This document shows, piece by piece, positions 59,663 to 64,000 of a stretch of 64,000 nucleotides of DNA. A model generated the notes under the pieces. The model searched no databases and was not told where the DNA came from. It worked only from the letters and a program-made list of their open reading frames with translations. The translations under genes and the position numbers were made by a program. The stretch covers positions 73-64,072 of the forward strand of contig JAUHYM010000001.1 in assembly GCA_030426515.1 (NCBI GenBank). Reading direction: 5' to 3'. Source of the DNA: Actinomycetes bacterium (GTDB lineage Bacteria > Actinomycetota > Actinomycetes > Actinomycetales > Microbacteriaceae). Each line of letters starts with the position of its first letter. The first letter of the stretch is position 1.

Positions 59663-60160
59663 TCACATCGAGGACGACCGGCTGACACCGCCGTTCTCGA
59701 GAGCAACCTCTGCCGAGCGGGCGCGATCGCCGCGGAAAACCACGAAGTGATACAGCAGGAACCGCACCACCACCACGACCGCGATGCTCGCCAGATTCAC
59801 GACGTTCACGATGAGCGGGCTGGCGGCCTCTCCGAGGAAGGCCTCTGCCCCCAGCACCCCGACCCACACGAGGAATGCGCCCAGGCCCGTGCAGAAGCCG
59901 TTCACCGCGAGGAACAGCACCACCTCGAGAGTGCGGGAATGGTGGCCGCGCGTGCGGAACGTCCACTCCCGATTGCCGAAGTACGCATTGATCAGCGCCA
60001 CCAGGGACGCGGTGATCTTCGCGGCCACCACGTTCCAGTCGAAGCCGAGATACAGGATGTTGAACACCGCGATCTCGATGAGCGTGCTGAGACCGCCCAC
60101 GACAAGGAAGCGCAGGCCCAGACCCGCCAGACGGCGGTAGCGCAGGCGCCGGGAACTCAC
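59663..60160 (-). CDS. GtrA family flippase-like protein
   Basis: RFLVVGGLST, NAYFGNREWTF, 4 TM, RFLLYHFVVF. Confidence 0.9.
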   Translation of the reverse strand: MSSRRLRYRRLAGLGLRFLVVGGLSTLIEIAVFNILYLGFDWNVVAAKITASLVALINAYFGNREWTFRTRGHHSRTLEVVLFLAVNGFCTGLGAFLVWVGVLGAEAFLGEAASPLIVNVVNLASIAVVVVVRFLLYHFVVFRGDRARSAEVALENGGVSRSSSM

Positions 60161-60292
60161 CGCTCAACCGTACTCGACGGCGCGGGGAACGAGGCGCGGG
60201 AAGCAGGGCGCGGCAAACCTGCACACCCGCGTTAGGCTCGACCGAGAACACAGCGGCACCGCGACGGTGCGGACGACCGGGGGGAACAGAGG

Positions 60293-61063
60293 GTGCACAT
60301 CAGCCACCTCGCGGTCGTCATGCCCGCCTACAACGAGGCCGACGGCATCCCGGGATTCCTCGACGAGATCGCCACCTCGACCGCGCGGATCGCCGACAGG
60401 GTGAGCATCGTCGTCGTCAACGACCGCTCGACCGACGAGACCGCCACCGTCCTCGACGCGCTCGCCGCCACCCGCCCCGATCTGCACGTCATCCACGCCG
60501 ACCACAACCGCGGCCACGGACCCACCGCGCTCGCCGCGTACCGGGCAGGGCTCGCGCTCGACCCGGACATCATCGTGCACGTCGACGGAGACGGACAGTT
60601 CTACGGCGACGACATCGCCCGCGTCGCCGCGACCGTGCCGCTTCAGGACGTCGACGTCGTGCACGGCGTGCGCCGCTCCCGCACCGACCCGTGGTTCCGG
60701 CAGGCGCTCACTGCCGCGGTCGGCGTCGTGGTCGGCGTGGCCGCGGGCCGCCGCATCCCGGACGTCAACACGCCCCTGCGCGCCTACCGACCCGCCGTCG
60801 CCGCCGACCTGGTGGCGGGGATTCCCGACGACGCGCTCGTGCCCCACGTGCACTTCTCGCTGCGCGAAGCGCGCCAGGGGATGACCGTGCGATACCGCGA
60901 GGTGGCCAGCATCCCGCGCCGCGGCGGCGACGAGACGGGCACCATGTGGGGAACGGTCGCCGCGCCTAAGCTGCCGCCCGCGCGACTGCGCGCCTTCGTC
61001 CGCGGCGCGGCGGTGGAGCTGTGGCGCGTGTCGCTGCGACCCGCGCGGGGTGACGGGCGATGA
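60293..61063 (+). CDS. GT2 polyprenol-phosphate glycosyltransferase (GtrB/DPM-like)
   Basis: VVMPAYNEA, VNDRSTDET, NRGHG, VDGDGQ, DVNTPLR. Confidence 0.9.
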   Translation: MHISHLAVVMPAYNEADGIPGFLDEIATSTARIADRVSIVVVNDRSTDETATVLDALAATRPDLHVIHADHNRGHGPTALAAYRAGLALDPDIIVHVDGDGQFYGDDIARVAATVPLQDVDVVHGVRRSRTDPWFRQALTAAVGVVVGVAAGRRIPDVNTPLRAYRPAVAADLVAGIPDDALVPHVHFSLREARQGMTVRYREVASIPRRGGDETGTMWGTVAAPKLPPARLRAFVRGAAVELWRVSLRPARGDGR

Positions 61064-61360
61064 CGCGGCGGCGCGGGGGACGTGCGATGGCGCGGCGGCG
61101 CGATGAGAGATCTGCGACACCCGATGGCGACGCGGCGATGAGCCGTGCGCGACACCAGGCCGCGAGCCCACGACACCGGGCGGCGAGCGGGCGATGAGCT
61201 GCCCGCGCACGCCCACCGCCGCCATGTCGGCACGGGGTGCGCGTCCGCGACATGACCGCCGCGCAGCCGTGAACAGGCGACTGACCGATCGCCCAGTAGG
61301 CTCGTACCCACACGCAGCCAGTGTGCCTGGGGGGCACGAGCACGTGAGGGGGCGACGGCG

Positions 61361-62965
61361 ATGACTATTCGCTGGGGATGGGTGCTGTTCGCCGTGCTCG
61401 CCGGCATCCTCGCGCTCGCCAACATCCTGGCCATCGTGCCCGGACTCACCACCACCCGCCTGTGGGAGGACGAAGCCTTCAACCTGACCGTGCCGGTCAA
61501 CCTGCTCGCCGGGCTCGGATACACCAGCGACGGCACCCTGTCGGGGTCGATCCTCGCGCCCTTCGACGAGCGCATCTCGACCGGCCCGGTCATGCTGCTG
61601 CCGATCGCGCTCGTGCTGGCGTTCGGCGCCGACCCGGTCATCGGCGGGCGCGTCGTCGCACTGCTGTTCTGGATGCTGCTGCTGGCGGGCCTGTTCGTGC
61701 TCGGCCGCGCCGTCGCCGGCGCCTGGGGCGGACTGCTCGCCGCCGCCGTGCCGCTCGGGCTGAACCTCGCGCAGCGCCCGTCGCCGGTGCAGGGGCCCAC
61801 CGACATCCTCGGCGAAGTGCCGGCCGCCGCGCTCATCGTCTGGGCGGTGATCGCCGCCCGCCGACGCCCGTGGCTCGGCGGACTGCTGCTGGGCCTGGCC
61901 GCGCAGACCAAGTTCATCGCCTGGCTCGCGGTGCCCGCCCTCGTGGTGTTCGTGCTGTTCGCGCCGCGCGACATGGGATGGCGCCGACGCATCCTGCGCG
62001 TCGCGCCGCCCACCTTCTTCGCCCTCGTGCCGACGGTGGCGTACGAGCTCGTGAAGCTCCTCAGCCTTGGCCTCGACGAGTACATCTGGCAGACCCGCCT
62101 GTACGTGCGGTTCCTGCGGTGGGGTGGGCAGGACAACATCACGGCCGCACCGGCGGAGAAGGCCGCGCTGCTGCTCGAGCAGTGGTTCGTGCCCGGCATC
62201 GCGGCGCTCATCATCGCGCTGGTGGCCGTCGCCGGGGTCGCGGTCGCGTGGCTGCGCATCAGCGAGGACGACACGAAGGCGCGCGCCCTCTACGGCGACC
62301 CGGATGCCCCCGCCGCCGCCATCGGCGGACCGGTCACCGCCAGCGCTGCGGCGTTCCGCTCGGGCGACCCGCGCGACTGGACCCGCCGGCAGATCGCCGT
62401 GCTCGGGATCGCCGCCATCGTGGGCGTCGGCACGTACACGGCGTGGTTCCTCGTGTCACAGCACACACCCGCGTGGATCCGGCAGCCCTCGGTCGGGCTG
62501 CTCGCGTTCGCCCCGATGATCGCCGCGGTCGCCTGGCGCGGCTGGAGCGACCTGTGCCGCAACCGCACCCCGCTGGTGTGCATCGGGGGCATCGCCGGGG
62601 CGACGGTCCTCGTCATCGGCGCCGTCTTCGGGATCGCCGGGCACCTGGTGGCGCCGCCGATGAGTGACCAGCAGCTCGCCGACCAGCGCGCGGACGCGCA
62701 GCAGATAGCCGAGGCGATGGGCACGGATGCCCGCGTCGGCGTCGGCGGCGGGCTTCCCTCTGCCGGCCGCAGCGCGGACGCCTGGATCGCGGTGCCCTGG
62801 AGCGGCGCGGTGAGCATCGTCTTCCTGTCGGGCAGCCACGTCGGGCTCATCGGCGAGGACGCGATGACGGGAGAGCCCTACATTGCCCGCGGCGAGGCAC
62901 CCGAGGGATGCGACCCGCTCGTGCAGGTCGAACCCTACGTGGTGTGCGCCGGCGCCACCGAGTAG
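61361..62965 (+). CDS. Multi-TM GT-C-type glycosyltransferase (ArnT/PMT/GtrC-like)
   Basis: LWEDEAFN acidic motif after TM1, ISTGP, GLAAQTK, ~11 TM. Confidence 0.7.
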   Translation: MTIRWGWVLFAVLAGILALANILAIVPGLTTTRLWEDEAFNLTVPVNLLAGLGYTSDGTLSGSILAPFDERISTGPVMLLPIALVLAFGADPVIGGRVVALLFWMLLLAGLFVLGRAVAGAWGGLLAAAVPLGLNLAQRPSPVQGPTDILGEVPAAALIVWAVIAARRRPWLGGLLLGLAAQTKFIAWLAVPALVVFVLFAPRDMGWRRRILRVAPPTFFALVPTVAYELVKLLSLGLDEYIWQTRLYVRFLRWGGQDNITAAPAEKAALLLEQWFVPGIAALIIALVAVAGVAVAWLRISEDDTKARALYGDPDAPAAAIGGPVTASAAAFRSGDPRDWTRRQIAVLGIAAIVGVGTYTAWFLVSQHTPAWIRQPSVGLLAFAPMIAAVAWRGWSDLCRNRTPLVCIGGIAGATVLVIGAVFGIAGHLVAPPMSDQQLADQRADAQQIAEAMGTDARVGVGGGLPSAGRSADAWIAVPWSGAVSIVFLSGSHVGLIGEDAMTGEPYIARGEAPEGCDPLVQVEPYVVCAGATE

Positions 62966-63076
62966 TGCAGGTAGCGCTGCCGGATGCTCCGGCGGGTCGC
63001 CCGCAGGACACAGGGGCTCCTCAGGCCGGTGGCGCAGTGCAGCGTCGCGCGCGCCGCCCGCGAGATGCGGGGCGCC

Positions 63077-63808
63077 TCAGGCCCGGCGGCTACGCTGCAG
63101 CAGCGTCCCGCCGATGATCGCCGCGGCCGCGGCCAGCAGCGCGCCCAGCATCCACCGAAGCGACGTGCCGGTGCTCGCCAGCCCGTCGCCGCCGTCATCC
63201 GCGACCGCAGCCGGAACGGCGGTCGGCGTCGAGGTGGGTGACGATGTCGGCTCGACCGTGGGCGTCGTGGTCGGGGTGACGACCGGTGTCGGGGTGACCG
63301 TCGCCGTCGGCGTGGGGGTGACCACCGGGGTCGGCGTCACCGTGGGGGTCGGCGTGGGAGTCGGCTCGGGGTCGCACCCGATCACCGTGACGCGCGCATC
63401 CGGATACGTGACCACGCCCGTGGTCCACTCCGGCGTGCCGCCGCTGGTGGCCGAGCCGTTCGCGACCGCCGAGACGAGCGTCAGGTCGTCGCACGTGTAC
63501 CCGGTGAGCACCTGCGTGTACGTCCAGCTCTCGCCCGGCCGATACAGCTTCGGCCCGAACGTGTAGACCGTGCCGCTGGGCGCGGTGACGATCGCGCTGC
63601 CGTACGCGTCGATGCTCGAGGTGCTGAGCGTCGACACGTCGACGGTCACCTGCCCGTCGACCGTGAAGTCGAGTACGACGGATGCCTCACCACTGATGTC
63701 GCCCACGGCCGCGTTCGCGCTGATCGCGCCGCCGATGACCAGACCCGTGCCCGTCACGACGGCCACGCCGATCGCGGCAGGGATCTTCCACTGCTTCACT
63801 GCGTTCAT
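63077..63808 (-). CDS. Sortase-anchored surface protein with Pro/Thr linker (LASTG)
   Basis: Signal peptide, small Cys-containing domain, (TP)n linker, LASTG + TM + RSRR. Confidence 0.82.
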   Translation of the reverse strand: MNAVKQWKIPAAIGVAVVTGTGLVIGGAISANAAVGDISGEASVVLDFTVDGQVTVDVSTLSTSSIDAYGSAIVTAPSGTVYTFGPKLYRPGESWTYTQVLTGYTCDDLTLVSAVANGSATSGGTPEWTTGVVTYPDARVTVIGCDPEPTPTPTPTVTPTPVVTPTPTATVTPTPVVTPTTTPTVEPTSSPTSTPTAVPAAVADDGGDGLASTGTSLRWMLGALLAAAAAIIGGTLLQRSRRA

Positions 63809-64000
63809 TGCTGCCCCCACAGAATGTGCACCGATGGTGCGGGGGCGCATCCTCGGTCAGACCCAGAATGCGGACTGTACCGAGGCGACGTCGCCCGCTG
63901 TCATCACCGATCCTGGCGACGGCGCGTTACGGGCGGATGACGCACCGGTAAATCGTGCAACACGAAATCGGCCGCGCCTAAGCCTCGATCCACCGATGAG

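Noticed and set aside
61058-61260. Degenerate CGATG(A/G)CGCGGCG repeats in the GT2-GT-C intergenic gap
   Set aside because: Irregular spacing and low complexity; cannot support an array, ncRNA or riboswitch call
1-64000. tRNA, rRNA, CRISPR array or prophage
   Set aside because: No cloverleaf/T-loop motifs, rRNA signatures, regularly spaced repeats, integrase or phage structural genes were recognised by eye

Overview
High-GC (~70%) actinobacterial DNA, most likely Microbacteriaceae/Microbacterium (inferred from GC, LPXTG/LAXTG anchors, DUF4012, DUF222-HNH and many leaderless starts). It is almost entirely accessory surface-related sequence. (1) 0.2-8.2 kb: a membrane protein coupled to a metacaspase, signal peptidase I, an OatA-like acyltransferase, and secreted/sortase-anchored proteins. 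(2) 8.5-35.3 kb: a Wzx/Wzy exopolysaccharide/capsule locus split by truA. It has two priming glycosyltransferases and a lower-GC core (FrhB-like protein, polymerase, pyruvyltransferase, flippase, GT4s, sulfotransferase). It also has its own PAPS supply (cysN, cysD, cysQ, cysC, TauE), Wzc/Wzb, DUF4012 and VanZ, and is interrupted by an internally deleted IS1634-family element with an 83-bp target duplication. (3) 36.5-55.6 kb: a 17-kb, largely translationally coupled 9-gene operon (membrane protein, vWA-TM, tubulin-like, large TM protein, Fn3-like, GAP1-N2-like, vWA-like, Zn-ribbon GTPase, membrane protein) with a divergent beta-propeller gene. This is the best candidate for a poorly characterised system. 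(4) 55.6-64 kb: an IS21 scar abutting a pseudogene paralogue of an EPS-locus gene, a pRiA4b ORF3-like gene, DUF222-HNH with a PafBC-type promoter, a GtrA/GT2/GT-C glycosylation trio and a LAXTG protein. No rRNA, tRNA or CRISPR array was seen. All family calls are by motif recognition only; no database search was run.
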